Part shown: positions 8,130 to 17,814 of the stretch, piece after piece
Numbering within the stretch: position 1 is the first letter of the stretch
How the letters are laid out: each line of letters begins with the position of its first letter
IMG/VR virus record: IMGVR_UViG_3300034072_001783
Span: 1-54,406 of that record
Source of the DNA: a virus
Lineage: Duplodnaviria; Caudoviricetes
Direction: 5' to 3' (one strand)
Length of the DNA: 54,406 nt
Made by a program: the position numbers and the translations under genes
The notes under the pieces: model-generated
The model's database searches: none
Told to the model about the DNA's origin: nothing
What the model saw: only the letters and a program-made list of their open reading frames with translations

Positions 8130-8729
8130 ATGAAAAAATCTTACTTATTAGAAATTATACGTGAAGAAATCCATAATGTTCTTTCTGAAATGGATCTAAA
8201 CGAAATGGCCAAAATTTCTGGAGACCTTAAATCCGCAATTGAAAAAGTAATAAAAGACAATCCTGATTTAGAAGGATTGCCTTTAAAGAAAAAAATTAAA
8301 GCTGATAAAAGTGTAGAGGATGCTCTTGAAGGGGATACTCTATATGATAACCAACTTAATAAATTTATTGCTTTAACTAAAGGAGAAAGAGAAGTTGGAC
8401 AACGTGGACGAAAAGCAGATCCAAACAAAGAACCTAAAAAACCTACTACAGGCAAACGAGGCCGCCCCGCTGAAAAAATGTCAGGGATGGATGATGAAGA
8501 TAAAGAGGCTGTAAAATCTATGGGTAAAGATGAAACAGCAAAAGAATTAGCGTCAACACCCGAAGAAAAGAAAGAAAAATTCAATTTGGGTCTAAAGTTT
8601 ATTAAAAAATATAAAGACGACAAACCAAAAGTAGATGCTTATTTAAAGAAAGCAAAAGAAGAATATAAACTTTCAAAGGCAATGATTGATGATCTTAAGC
8701 GTGCTGCTGGAAGAGAGGTTGAAGCCTAA
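8130..8729 (+). CDS. Highly charged protein with leader and AT-hook-like motifs (putative DNA-binding internal protein)
   Basis: MKKSYLLEIIREEI leader; GQRGRKA and GKRGRPA motifs. Confidence 0.6.
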   Translation: MKKSYLLEIIREEIHNVLSEMDLNEMAKISGDLKSAIEKVIKDNPDLEGLPLKKKIKADKSVEDALEGDTLYDNQLNKFIALTKGEREVGQRGRKADPNKEPKKPTTGKRGRPAEKMSGMDDEDKEAVKSMGKDETAKELASTPEEKKEKFNLGLKFIKKYKDDKPKVDAYLKKAKEEYKLSKAMIDDLKRAAGREVEA

Positions 8730-8737
8730 CAAAATGT

Positions 8738-9097
8738 ATGAAAAAGGTTATAACATTAGATAAGACTAAATTAATCCTTTTAGGAGTTATAGGAATATTA
8801 TTACTGGGGTTGGCTCTTTCTTTATATAGGAAAGACCCTACCCCACATAATATTTCTCTATATCAAAAACAGATAGATAGCTTAAATATAGAATTAAAAC
8901 ATTTAAAACAAGATCAGATTATTCTTAACCATAAGCTTAAAATGTATAAAGATAGTCTTGTAGTATATAACCATAAAATAGATTCCTTAAATCAAAATAT
9001 AACAAAAATACGAAACTATTATGGTAAAAAAATACGGGATATTAATAACGCTTCTCCTACTGAAATTTACGATTTTATCACAAATCGATACAAATAA
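8738..9097 (+). CDS. N-terminal transmembrane + coiled-coil protein (i-spanin-like topology)
   Basis: LILLGVIGILLLGLALSLY hydrophobic helix followed by heptad pattern. Confidence 0.6.
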   Translation: MKKVITLDKTKLILLGVIGILLLGLALSLYRKDPTPHNISLYQKQIDSLNIELKHLKQDQIILNHKLKMYKDSLVVYNHKIDSLNQNITKIRNYYGKKIRDINNASPTEIYDFITNRYK

Positions 9098-9440
9098 AGT
9101 ATGTTTTCCCTATGAAGTAGCTAAAAAGATTTCTATTGAGCTTATCCAAAAAGATTCTTTAGAAGCTGAACTTCATGAAACTCAAAAAATTCTTAATGTT
9201 TTTAACTCTAAGTTTATACTTCAAGATAGTATAATTTCTACTTTAGAAACTAAAGAAAAAAACTATATATCTCAAATTGATATTCTTACTAAAAAAGATT
9301 TATTACATAGTAAAGAAGTAAACGAATTAAAAGATAAAAATTCTTCTTTAACTCGTAAAAACAAAAATCTGAAAACTACTGCTAAAATTTTAGGTGGGGG
9401 ATTTTTGGGTACTTTAGCTTTGTTGATAGTATTAATATAA
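9021..9440 (+). CDS. Signal peptide + coiled coil + C-terminal TM protein (possible lysis accessory)
   Basis: MVKKYGILITLLLLKFTILS-Q; C-terminal ILGGGFLGTLALLIVLI; overlaps the previous gene by 77 nt. Confidence 0.55.
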   Translation: MVKKYGILITLLLLKFTILSQIDTNKVCFPYEVAKKISIELIQKDSLEAELHETQKILNVFNSKFILQDSIISTLETKEKNYISQIDILTKKDLLHSKEVNELKDKNSSLTRKNKNLKTTAKILGGGFLGTLALLIVLI

Positions 9441-9441
9441 T

Positions 9442-11022
9442 ATGAGCCAAGATATAAAACAAATATTAAGAGAAGAATACATAAAGTGTGCAACAAACCC
9501 TGTATACTTTATGAAAAAATATTGTTACATCCAACACCCCCAAAGAGGAAGAATCCAATTCCACTTATACCCCTTCCAGGAAAAAGTCTTAAAACTATTT
9601 CAAGATAACCCATATAGTATAATTTTAAAATCAAGACAATTAGGAATATCCACTCTTGCTGCTGGCCATGCTTTATGGTTGATGGTCTTTTATGAAAATA
9701 AAAACGTACTTGCTTTAGCTACTACTCAAGCAACTGCACGTAATCTAGTTTCCAAGGTACAATTTATGTATGAAAATCTTCCATCTTGGTTAAAGATAGG
9801 ACACGAAGAAAATAATAAACTTTCTTTAAAACTTAAAAACGGATCTAAGATACAAGCCAAATCATCTAGCCCAGATGCCGCACGATCAGAAGCAGTATCA
9901 TTGCTAATAGTTGATGAGGCTGCTTTTATTGAAAATATTGCAGAAACATGGGCCTCAGCTCAACAAACGTTAGCAACGGGTGGTGGAGCTATAGTGTTAT
10001 CCACTCCCTATGGTACTGGTAATTGGTTCCACCAAATGTGGGAAACTGCTGAAAATTCCTTGGATAGTGAATTCCTCCCAATTAAATTACCATGGCAAGT
10101 TCACCCAGAAAGAGATCAATCTTGGAGAGATAAACAAGATGTTCTTTTGGGTGATCCTAGATTAGCTGCTCAAGAATGTGATTGTGACTTTAACACCTCA
10201 GGAGATACGGTTTTTTATAATGAATTCATGGAATTCTATGAGAAAACTTATGTTAAAGATCCCTTGGAAAAGCGAGGAGCTGACCGTAACTTATGGATAT
10301 GGGAACCTGCAGATTATTCTCGCAATTATATGGTGTTAGCAGATGTTGCTCGAGGAGATAGTAAAGATTTTTCAGCATTCCATGTGATGGATGTTGAAAA
10401 TAACACTCAGGTTGGAGAATATAAAGGACAGATAGGAACAAAAGAGTTTGGTCATTTATTGGTAGGAATATCAACGGAATATAATAATGCTTTATTAGTG
10501 GTTGAAAATGCAAGCATTGGGTGGTCTACAATACAAACTATATTGGAAAGAGGTTATCAAAATTTTTACCATTCACCAAAAAGTGGAGAAATTAAAGCCG
10601 ATTCATATTTTAATGAATATTCTGACATATCTAAAATGACCCCTGGTTTTACAATGAACACCAGAACTAGACCAATTTGTATTAATAAATTCCAAGAATC
10701 TATTTCCGACAAAGGAGTAATATTCCAGTCTAGGAGACTACTTTCTGAAATGAAAACTTTTGTTTGGAAGAATGGTAGAGCAGAAGCCCAATCAGGATAT
10801 AATGATGATTTAGTTATGTCTTTTGCAATGGGGCAATATGTTAGATCAACTGCTCTACAATTTAATAAATATGGTGAAGATATGTATAAAAGCATGTTAA
10901 ATAGTACCACTTCAACAAATACCCCATATTTTGGAGGATATTCAGCTAATACACAAGATAATCCTTGGAAAATGGATAATCCATATTCTAATGGAAAAGA
11001 AGATATTAGATGGTTACTCTAA
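9442..11022 (+). CDS. terL: Terminase large subunit (T4 gp17-like)
   Basis: LYPFQ, KSRQLGIST Walker A, LLIVDEAAF Walker B, STPYG, ADVARG..D nuclease, DDLVMS. Confidence 0.95.
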   Translation: MSQDIKQILREEYIKCATNPVYFMKKYCYIQHPQRGRIQFHLYPFQEKVLKLFQDNPYSIILKSRQLGISTLAAGHALWLMVFYENKNVLALATTQATARNLVSKVQFMYENLPSWLKIGHEENNKLSLKLKNGSKIQAKSSSPDAARSEAVSLLIVDEAAFIENIAETWASAQQTLATGGGAIVLSTPYGTGNWFHQMWETAENSLDSEFLPIKLPWQVHPERDQSWRDKQDVLLGDPRLAAQECDCDFNTSGDTVFYNEFMEFYEKTYVKDPLEKRGADRNLWIWEPADYSRNYMVLADVARGDSKDFSAFHVMDVENNTQVGEYKGQIGTKEFGHLLVGISTEYNNALLVVENASIGWSTIQTILERGYQNFYHSPKSGEIKADSYFNEYSDISKMTPGFTMNTRTRPICINKFQESISDKGVIFQSRRLLSEMKTFVWKNGRAEAQSGYNDDLVMSFAMGQYVRSTALQFNKYGEDMYKSMLNSTTSTNTPYFGGYSANTQDNPWKMDNPYSNGKEDIRWLL

Positions 11023-11030
11023 TATTTATA
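11023..11030 (+). promoter_or_regulatory. Putative late promoter TATTTATA
   Basis: Intergenic, 18 nt before the portal ATG. Confidence 0.65.
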
Positions 11031-11048
11031 ACTATATAAATTAAATAA

Positions 11049-12935
11049 ATGGCAGATAAAGGCTTATTTTCACGATTGCAACGTTTATTCTCTACAGATG
11101 TTATCATTAGAAATACTGGAGGAGACCAATTAAAAGTACTAGATGTAAATACCATCCAACAATCGGGGGAATTTCAAACTAACTCATTAATAGATAGGTA
11201 TAACCGTTTATATACTAATTCTAGTACCTCTCTTTATGGATACCAAAATTCATTCAATTACCAAACTCTACGCCCTCAACTATATTCAGAATATGATGCT
11301 ATGGATACAGATGCTATTATTGCATCAGCACTTGATATTTTAGCGGATGAATCTACTCTTAAAAATGATATGGGTGAGGTATTATCTATTAGATCAACAG
11401 ATGAAAATATACAAAAAATATTATATAATCTCTTTTATGATGTTTTAAATATAGAATTTAATCTTTGGCCTTGGGTTCGTAATATGTGTAAATACGGTGA
11501 TTTCTTTCTTAAACTAGAAATCGCTGAAAAATTTGGGGTATATAATATTATCCCTTATACTGCATACCATATTGAGAGACAAGAAGGATATGATAGAGAA
11601 AACCCAGCATCTGTAAGATTTAGATTTGATCCTGATGGAGTATCTGCCTCTAGTTATGGCTACTATGATGTTCCTAATTCTGCCAATCAAGCTAATTCTA
11701 TATTGTTTGATAACTATGAAATGGCTCATTTCCGTTTATTAACAGATACAAACTTTTTACCATATGGAAGAAGTTATATAGAACCTGCTCGAAAACTGTT
11801 TAAACAGTATACCCTAATGGAAGATGCTATGTTAATTCATAGAATAGTAAGAGCACCAGAGAAACGTATCTTTAAAATTAATGTTGGTAATATAGCTCCT
11901 GCTGAAGTAGAAAACTTCATGCAAAAGACTATCTCTAAAATGAAACGTACCCCTTACATTGACCAACAAACTGGAGATTACAATTTAAGATACAACATGC
12001 AGAATCTCCTAGAGGACTTTTATATCCCAGTTAGGGGCAATGATCAAGCAACCCAAATTGATACCTTAGGAGGTTTACAATACGATGGAATACAAGATGT
12101 AGAATATTTAAGAGATAAACTATTTGCTGCACTTAAAATACCAAAAGCCTTTTTGGGTTATGAGAAAGATTTAACAGGTAAAGCTACATTAGCTGCTGAA
12201 GATATTAGATTTGCTCGTACTATAGAACGTATCCAAAGAATTATAGTATCTGAACTTAATAAAATAGCTCTTGTCCATTTATATGCTCAAGGTTATAAAG
12301 ATGAAAATCTTTCAAACTTTGAACTTTCTTTAACTACTCCTTCAATCATATATGATCAAGAAAGAATAGCTTTAATGAAAGAAAAAATGGACCTAGCTAG
12401 CCAAATGGTAGAACAAAAACTATTCCCTACTGATTGGATATATGATAACATATTCCATTTAAGCGAAGACCAGTATGATGAATATAGAGACCTAATCAGA
12501 GAAGATGCCAAACGTAGATTCAGATTAACTCAGATAGAAAATGAAGGAAACGATCCATTGGAAACTGGTAAATCATATGGTACTCCACACGATTTAGCTA
12601 CGTTATATGGTAAAGAAAGAATGTACTCTAGTCCTGGTAACGTTCCCGATGGATATGATACGGATGAGAAAAAACCATTGGGCAGACCTGTTGAAAAAGT
12701 AACCAACAAAAATTCTCAAGATAATGCTTTTGGTAAAGATAGATTAGGAAATCTTGGAATGAAAAAAGATAATGATTCATCCGATTCAATAAAACCCCAA
12801 TATAAAGGTGGATCTCCATTATCTCTTAAAGAAAAAACAATGCTTGAAAAAATGCCTATAAATTCAAAAAAATTAGTATTTGAATCAAGTGAAGGAAAAG
12901 GATCATTATTAGATGAAGATCAAATACGTGAGTAA
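11049..12935 (+). CDS. gp20: Portal protein (T4 gp20-like)
   Basis: LMEDAMLIHRIVRAPEKRIF, EDFYIP, IDTLGG, KLFAALKIPK, EDIRF; follows terminase. Confidence 0.95.
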   Translation: MADKGLFSRLQRLFSTDVIIRNTGGDQLKVLDVNTIQQSGEFQTNSLIDRYNRLYTNSSTSLYGYQNSFNYQTLRPQLYSEYDAMDTDAIIASALDILADESTLKNDMGEVLSIRSTDENIQKILYNLFYDVLNIEFNLWPWVRNMCKYGDFFLKLEIAEKFGVYNIIPYTAYHIERQEGYDRENPASVRFRFDPDGVSASSYGYYDVPNSANQANSILFDNYEMAHFRLLTDTNFLPYGRSYIEPARKLFKQYTLMEDAMLIHRIVRAPEKRIFKINVGNIAPAEVENFMQKTISKMKRTPYIDQQTGDYNLRYNMQNLLEDFYIPVRGNDQATQIDTLGGLQYDGIQDVEYLRDKLFAALKIPKAFLGYEKDLTGKATLAAEDIRFARTIERIQRIIVSELNKIALVHLYAQGYKDENLSNFELSLTTPSIIYDQERIALMKEKMDLASQMVEQKLFPTDWIYDNIFHLSEDQYDEYRDLIREDAKRRFRLTQIENEGNDPLETGKSYGTPHDLATLYGKERMYSSPGNVPDGYDTDEKKPLGRPVEKVTNKNSQDNAFGKDRLGNLGMKKDNDSSDSIKPQYKGGSPLSLKEKTMLEKMPINSKKLVFESSEGKGSLLDEDQIRE

Positions 12936-12947
12936 TACCTTTTTATA

Positions 12948-12955
12948 TATTTATA
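12948..12955 (+). promoter_or_regulatory. Putative late promoter TATTTATA
   Basis: Intergenic; overlaps a TATAAATA at 12952-12959. Confidence 0.65.
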
Positions 12956-12976
12956 AATAAATAACATTACGAAAGA

Positions 12977-13840
12977 ATGAAAATTAAACATTCCAAGTAC
13001 AAAAATACGGGAATACTATTTGAACTTTTGGTAAGACAAATTACCTCTGATACTTTAGAAGGTAAAGATTCTCCCGTTAAAAGTCTTCTTAAAAAATACT
13101 TTGTTAAAACTGAGTTAGGGAAAGAGTATAAGCTTTATGAGACCCTACTAAATAAGACTAGTTTAACAGAAACCAAAGCTGATATTATAATTAATACTTT
13201 AGTTGAATCTTCTAAAACTCTTAATAGAAGATTAATTCGTAAACAGAAGTATAATTTGATCAATGAGCTTAAAGAACACTATGATTTAGTTGAATTCTTT
13301 AACCACAAACTTCCCCACTACAAAATCCAAGCAGCCTTTTATACCTTGCTTGAAATATACAACCATGACAAACCAGTAAATCCAGAATATATCATCACAA
13401 ACAAGATGACTATTCTTGAACATTTAACTGCTGCTCAAATAAAAGAAAATAACGTTCGTAATAGTGTTCTAGAAGAACTTAAAAAAGAAGATAAGGATGT
13501 TAAAATGTTAACATATAGAATTCTCCTTGAAAAGTTTAATACTAAATATGAAAATTTTTCTCAACCCCAAAAAGAAATTTTAAAGGAACTTATTTATTCT
13601 ATAGATAATAAACCACGTTTAAAAGAGTTTTATATTTCTAAAACTACTGAACTTAAAAAAGAACTTACGGAATTAAATAAAAAAACTAAAGATAAAGTTA
13701 CTAAAATAAAGTTAGATGAGGTAATATCTTTACTAGACCCTAATAAAATTACTAATAAAGTAACAGACAGTAATTTAGTTGATCTTCTTCAATATTGTGA
13801 TTTAGTAAATGAATTAGAATTAGCAAATGCATCAGCTTAA
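12977..13840 (+). CDS. Head-cluster hypothetical protein (helical)
   Basis: 287 aa, KHSKYKNTGILFELL start, between portal and protease. Confidence 0.75.
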   Translation: MKIKHSKYKNTGILFELLVRQITSDTLEGKDSPVKSLLKKYFVKTELGKEYKLYETLLNKTSLTETKADIIINTLVESSKTLNRRLIRKQKYNLINELKEHYDLVEFFNHKLPHYKIQAAFYTLLEIYNHDKPVNPEYIITNKMTILEHLTAAQIKENNVRNSVLEELKKEDKDVKMLTYRILLEKFNTKYENFSQPQKEILKELIYSIDNKPRLKEFYISKTTELKKELTELNKKTKDKVTKIKLDEVISLLDPNKITNKVTDSNLVDLLQYCDLVNELELANASA

Positions 13841-14522
13841 AGAAAATATATTAGAAGTATTTAATGCTTTAAAAGAAGCTGAGGATTTCATTACTTATAA
13901 AACTGGTGAAGATCCTGAACATCAGACTACTACCTGGATTGTAGACTATCAACCTAATCTAAAATCATTATACAACGATATAGATAATATTGTTAAAAAA
14001 TTAGAAAAAGTACAACAAAGAGTCCAATCAAATGAATCTGAAGTTCTTTTAAAATTAGGAAAATCATTAAGAAATCGTTTTGCAAGGTTACTTAAAAAAT
14101 ATAGTGATTTAAAAGAACAATCCTCTACCTCACAGGGTGGAGCTTCTTTTACTCCTGGAGAAGGGGCACAATATGCTACTCCAAAAGCATTTAATAAAAA
14201 TACCAACTCTAAAGGAGCTAAAAATATTTATTATTATAAGCTAGGGTGGAAACCTGTCCCTAAAAAAATAAAAGGATCAGGTTTAGAAGTTAAAAAATTA
14301 TACGAGGGGGAAGCTAAGGATTTTCAACAAGAGAGAATCAACATGTTTGATAAAATTGAAGATGAACTTAACACGTTATCCCCACTAATTTCAAACGCTA
14401 AAAATTCCACTATAGAATATTACAATGAAAACCCAGGATCATATGCTATTGTTAGATCAACAGATTTGATTTTGGATTATATTAAAGACATAAAACAACT
14501 ACTTAAAGGAGAAACAGAATGA
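13827..14522 (+). CDS. Head-cluster hypothetical protein (possible prohead core/internal)
   Basis: Multiple LKE/LYE sites; GAQYATPKAF motif. Confidence 0.65.
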   Translation: MHQLKENILEVFNALKEAEDFITYKTGEDPEHQTTTWIVDYQPNLKSLYNDIDNIVKKLEKVQQRVQSNESEVLLKLGKSLRNRFARLLKKYSDLKEQSSTSQGGASFTPGEGAQYATPKAFNKNTNSKGAKNIYYYKLGWKPVPKKIKGSGLEVKKLYEGEAKDFQQERINMFDKIEDELNTLSPLISNAKNSTIEYYNENPGSYAIVRSTDLILDYIKDIKQLLKGETE

Positions 14523-15733
14523 AAACCTTACAAGACCAGTATAAACTAATTAAAGAAGGTAAAGGACACAAAGATGTATTTTTAAAGGAAGCAAAACAAA
14601 TGTTTCCTAACTATATTCGTAATGCTGCTACATTTGAAGAAGCATCTAATATCCTAAAGGATAAAAACGTTATTAGTGAAAATTTAGTTGGTATAGAACC
14701 AATTAATACTATCTCACGTGAAAAAGAATCATATGAGAAAGCATTTGAAAAATTTCTAGAAGAAGCTAATAAAAAGGACATTAAAGATCCTAATGCTGAG
14801 ATCAAAAAGGTTTCCCAACAAGTAGAAGATAAACTTAAAAATAACTTTGATCGTACAGATAAGAAAAACCCTGATAATCAAATCTTTGGTGAGATTATGA
14901 AAGGGTATTACTGTGAAATGAAAGATCCTAAAAATGCTGATAAAACCGAAGAACAACTACGTGATATTGTTCTTAAAAATCTAGCTAAAGATCCAATCTA
15001 CTATACTAAAAATGGAATGTTTGGTGAAAAAGGTGTAGGTGTTGAAATGGATGTACCTGGACTTGGTGAACCAAAAGAACCAAAAGGACCATATAAATCA
15101 AGCGGGTATGGTACTTTGAAAGAAGGACTTGAAGGAAATTTAGAAGAACAAAAACTTCGTAAAGTGATCAACTCAATGATCAAACAAGAACTCATCTCAG
15201 AAAATAAAAAATACCAAAAAACTATTAAAGAGATAGAAAAGGCATCTAAATTAGCTGAACTCACAACTAAAATGGAAGCTTTAGATAAAGCAATCGAGGA
15301 AAAAAATTCACGACTAAACTCAATTGAGGAAAGTGAAGAAATGAAAGAATTGGTTGACAGAAAAGCAATAAAAGAACTTCAAAAAGAAGTTAAACTTCTT
15401 GAAAAGTATAAAGATAAAGTTCTTAAAATATATGAAAAATATACTGGGAAGAAAAAAAAACAAGTAATAGATGAAAATCCTATAAACGAGGCAGATGGGG
15501 ATGTAGCAGATACAGACCAGATGAAGAAAGACTTAGAGGATATAAAAAAAACAGTTGATGATATTTCTAAAACAGAACTCTTTGAAGAAGAACCATCTAA
15601 AGAATATCTTGATGCTAAAGAAGAAGCAGAAGAAAGATATGAAGGTGGAGAAGAAATTGAGGCAATAGTTAAAGATTTCCCTGAATTTAAAGAAATGTTA
15701 TACCAGGATTTAAAAGGAAAATACGAAGGATAA
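14519..15733 (+). CDS. Head-cluster charged coiled-coil protein (possible prohead core protein)
   Basis: MKTLQDQYKLIKE start resembles T4 internal protein leaders; many L/I-x-E sites. Confidence 0.65.
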   Translation: MKTLQDQYKLIKEGKGHKDVFLKEAKQMFPNYIRNAATFEEASNILKDKNVISENLVGIEPINTISREKESYEKAFEKFLEEANKKDIKDPNAEIKKVSQQVEDKLKNNFDRTDKKNPDNQIFGEIMKGYYCEMKDPKNADKTEEQLRDIVLKNLAKDPIYYTKNGMFGEKGVGVEMDVPGLGEPKEPKGPYKSSGYGTLKEGLEGNLEEQKLRKVINSMIKQELISENKKYQKTIKEIEKASKLAELTTKMEALDKAIEEKNSRLNSIEESEEMKELVDRKAIKELQKEVKLLEKYKDKVLKIYEKYTGKKKKQVIDENPINEADGDVADTDQMKKDLEDIKKTVDDISKTELFEEEPSKEYLDAKEEAEERYEGGEEIEAIVKDFPEFKEMLYQDLKGKYEG

Positions 15734-15737
15734 AAAT

Positions 15738-16349
15738 ATGAGTAAGCAAGTATTAATAGAGACTCAAAATTTCATTTCCACTTTATCTCCCTTAACCGAA
15801 GGAAAAACCTCAGAACGTGGTAATCCCATTGTTGAAGGAATTTTAGCCACAGCTGAGGTTAAAAATGGTAATGGGAGATATTATAAAAAAGATTTGTGGG
15901 AACGCGAGATAGATAAGTATATGGAGTCTGTAAAAGAAAAGCGCGCTCTAGGAGAACTTGATCACCCTGAATCCTCTATAATTAACCTTAAAAATGTATC
16001 ACACAATATAGCTGAGTTATGGTGGAATGGAGATAACATAATGGGTAAAATAGAAATTCTACCCACTCCCTCAGGAAACATACTTAAAGCTTTACTTGAT
16101 AGTGGAATTAAAGTAGGTGTATCCTCACGTGGTATGGGTTCATTGAAAGAAGTAAATGGAATACTAGAGGTACAAGATGATTTTGATCTATTATGTTGGG
16201 ACTTCGTTTCTACACCATCCAACCCCGGATCATGGATGTCTCCACTTAAAGAAGGAATTGATTATTCAAATCTCCCAAACCCCTATTTAAATGTTCAAAA
16301 AGTAATAACGGATATTCTTTGTTCTCAAGGTAGTTGTCCTATATTTTAA
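15738..16349 (+). CDS. gp21: Prohead core protease (T4 gp21-like)
   Basis: NGNGRYY, ALGELDHP, GVSSRGMGS, WDFVSTPS catalytic motifs. Confidence 0.95.
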   Translation: MSKQVLIETQNFISTLSPLTEGKTSERGNPIVEGILATAEVKNGNGRYYKKDLWEREIDKYMESVKEKRALGELDHPESSIINLKNVSHNIAELWWNGDNIMGKIEILPTPSGNILKALLDSGIKVGVSSRGMGSLKEVNGILEVQDDFDLLCWDFVSTPSNPGSWMSPLKEGIDYSNLPNPYLNVQKVITDILCSQGSCPIF

Positions 16350-16377
16350 CACCCCTTAGTGTTTTATCACTTTGGCC

Positions 16378-16409
16378 AAGGTTGAACTTTTGTTCAACCT
16401 TTTTTTTTT
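16378..16409 (+). terminator. Rho-independent terminator after the protease
   Basis: AAGGTTGAAC-tttt-GTTCAACCTT followed by a T-tract. Confidence 0.85.
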
Positions 16410-16435
16410 CTTTTGCATTTTGAAAAATCCCCACA

Positions 16436-16548
16436 TATGTATAAACCGAATATGCTATCCAATCTATATATAGCATGACTATTAATTAATTTCTATTACG
16501 TTTCTTTAATAAACGTATTTCCCAAACAAAAACATAATTTTAGGAAAA
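16436..16548 (+). promoter_or_regulatory. Variant late promoter (TATGTATA) plus structured 5' leader of the scaffold/capsid operon
   Basis: Stems ATGCTAT/ATAGCAT and TACGTTT/AAACGTA; a third imperfect stem covers AGGA before the ATG. Confidence 0.5.
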
Positions 16549-17787
16549 ATGGCTACAAACAGAGATTTGCTTAAAGAAGCAATCGCAGAAGCTAAAGCTG
16601 TAAAAGAAATGGCTATAGCAAATGCAAAAGCAGCTCTTGAAGAAGCTTTCACACCTCAACTAAAATCTATGCTTGCTACTAAACTTCAAGAAATGGAAGA
16701 AGAAGATTTAGAAGAAGCAGGATTTGGCAAAATGTCTTCCGATGCTACTGAAGGATTCAGTGATATGGAAGAAAAAGCTCTTGATGAGGAAGAAACTACT
16801 GAAGAGTTAGATCTTGATGAACTTCTTGCAGAACTAGAAGAAGCTGAAGATGATGACATGATGTATGAGGCTGAAGAAGCTGAAGAAGACATGATGGATG
16901 AAGAAGAAGCAGAATCACTAGATTTGGAAGATATGTCTGAAGAAGATTTAAAATCATTCATCGAAGATGTAATCGCTGATATGATCGAAGCTGGTGAATT
17001 AGAAGCTGGTGAAAGTGAAGAAGGCGAGGAAATGGAAGATGAAGAAATGGAAGATGAAATGGAAGAAGAAGATGAAGAAGTAAATATCGATGAACTTCTT
17101 GCTGAAATTGATTCTATGGATGAAGAAGAGGAAATGATGGAAGAAGGCCTTATGGATAAAATCGTTAAGGCAGTAAACCGATTTGGCTCCTCAGGAAGAA
17201 TTGAAGATTTGAAAAAAGAAATCCCTGCAAAAGTTGCCGCAGGTAAAAAACTAGCAGCATCCGGAAAGATTGAATCTTTTACAGAACCTACAGAAGCTGA
17301 TATTAATACTATAGTTAAAGCAGCTGAAGAAGATGGTGGTACTGGAAGAGTTGAGATTAAAGGAGGTAAATTAGTTTATACTCCTGGGTCCGAAGCTAAA
17401 GGAGCAGCACAGGCATCTACTTTTGAAAATCTTCAAAAAGAACTTTCTGAAGCTCACAAAACAATTCAAACTCTTCGTTCCGAATTAAATGAAGTTAATT
17501 TGTTAAATGCTAAATTGCTTTATACAAACAAAATCTTCAAAGGTAAAAACTTGACAGAAAGTCAAAAAGTAAAAGTACTTGAAACTTTTGATAAAGCTAC
17601 TACTGTTAAAGAAGTTAAACTTGTTTATGAAACCCTAAATGAAGGAATTAACACAAACAAAAGACCAATTTCTGAAAACTTAGGAAGTGCATCAAAAGCA
17701 ATGGGTACAACTAAAAAACCTATAATTGAAGCTAATGATCAATTCGCTCGTATGAGAGAATTAGCGTTCTACAGTACAAAACATTAA
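16549..17787 (+). CDS. Prohead scaffold/core protein (gp22-like position)
   Basis: Very acidic E/D/M-rich middle; LLKEAIAEAK..ALEEAF N-terminus; LNEVNLLNAKLLY C-terminus; between protease and capsid gene. Confidence 0.8.
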   Translation: MATNRDLLKEAIAEAKAVKEMAIANAKAALEEAFTPQLKSMLATKLQEMEEEDLEEAGFGKMSSDATEGFSDMEEKALDEEETTEELDLDELLAELEEAEDDDMMYEAEEAEEDMMDEEEAESLDLEDMSEEDLKSFIEDVIADMIEAGELEAGESEEGEEMEDEEMEDEMEEEDEEVNIDELLAEIDSMDEEEEMMEEGLMDKIVKAVNRFGSSGRIEDLKKEIPAKVAAGKKLAASGKIESFTEPTEADINTIVKAAEEDGGTGRVEIKGGKLVYTPGSEAKGAAQASTFENLQKELSEAHKTIQTLRSELNEVNLLNAKLLYTNKIFKGKNLTESQKVKVLETFDKATTVKEVKLVYETLNEGINTNKRPISENLGSASKAMGTTKKPIIEANDQFARMRELAFYSTKH

Positions 17788-17814
17788 TTTTAAAACTTAA
17801 AAACAAAAAACAAA

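Noticed and set aside
16690-17145. GAAGAA/GATGAA quasi-repeats
   Set aside because: Simply encode the acidic scaffold tract; not a CRISPR array or DNA repeat element.
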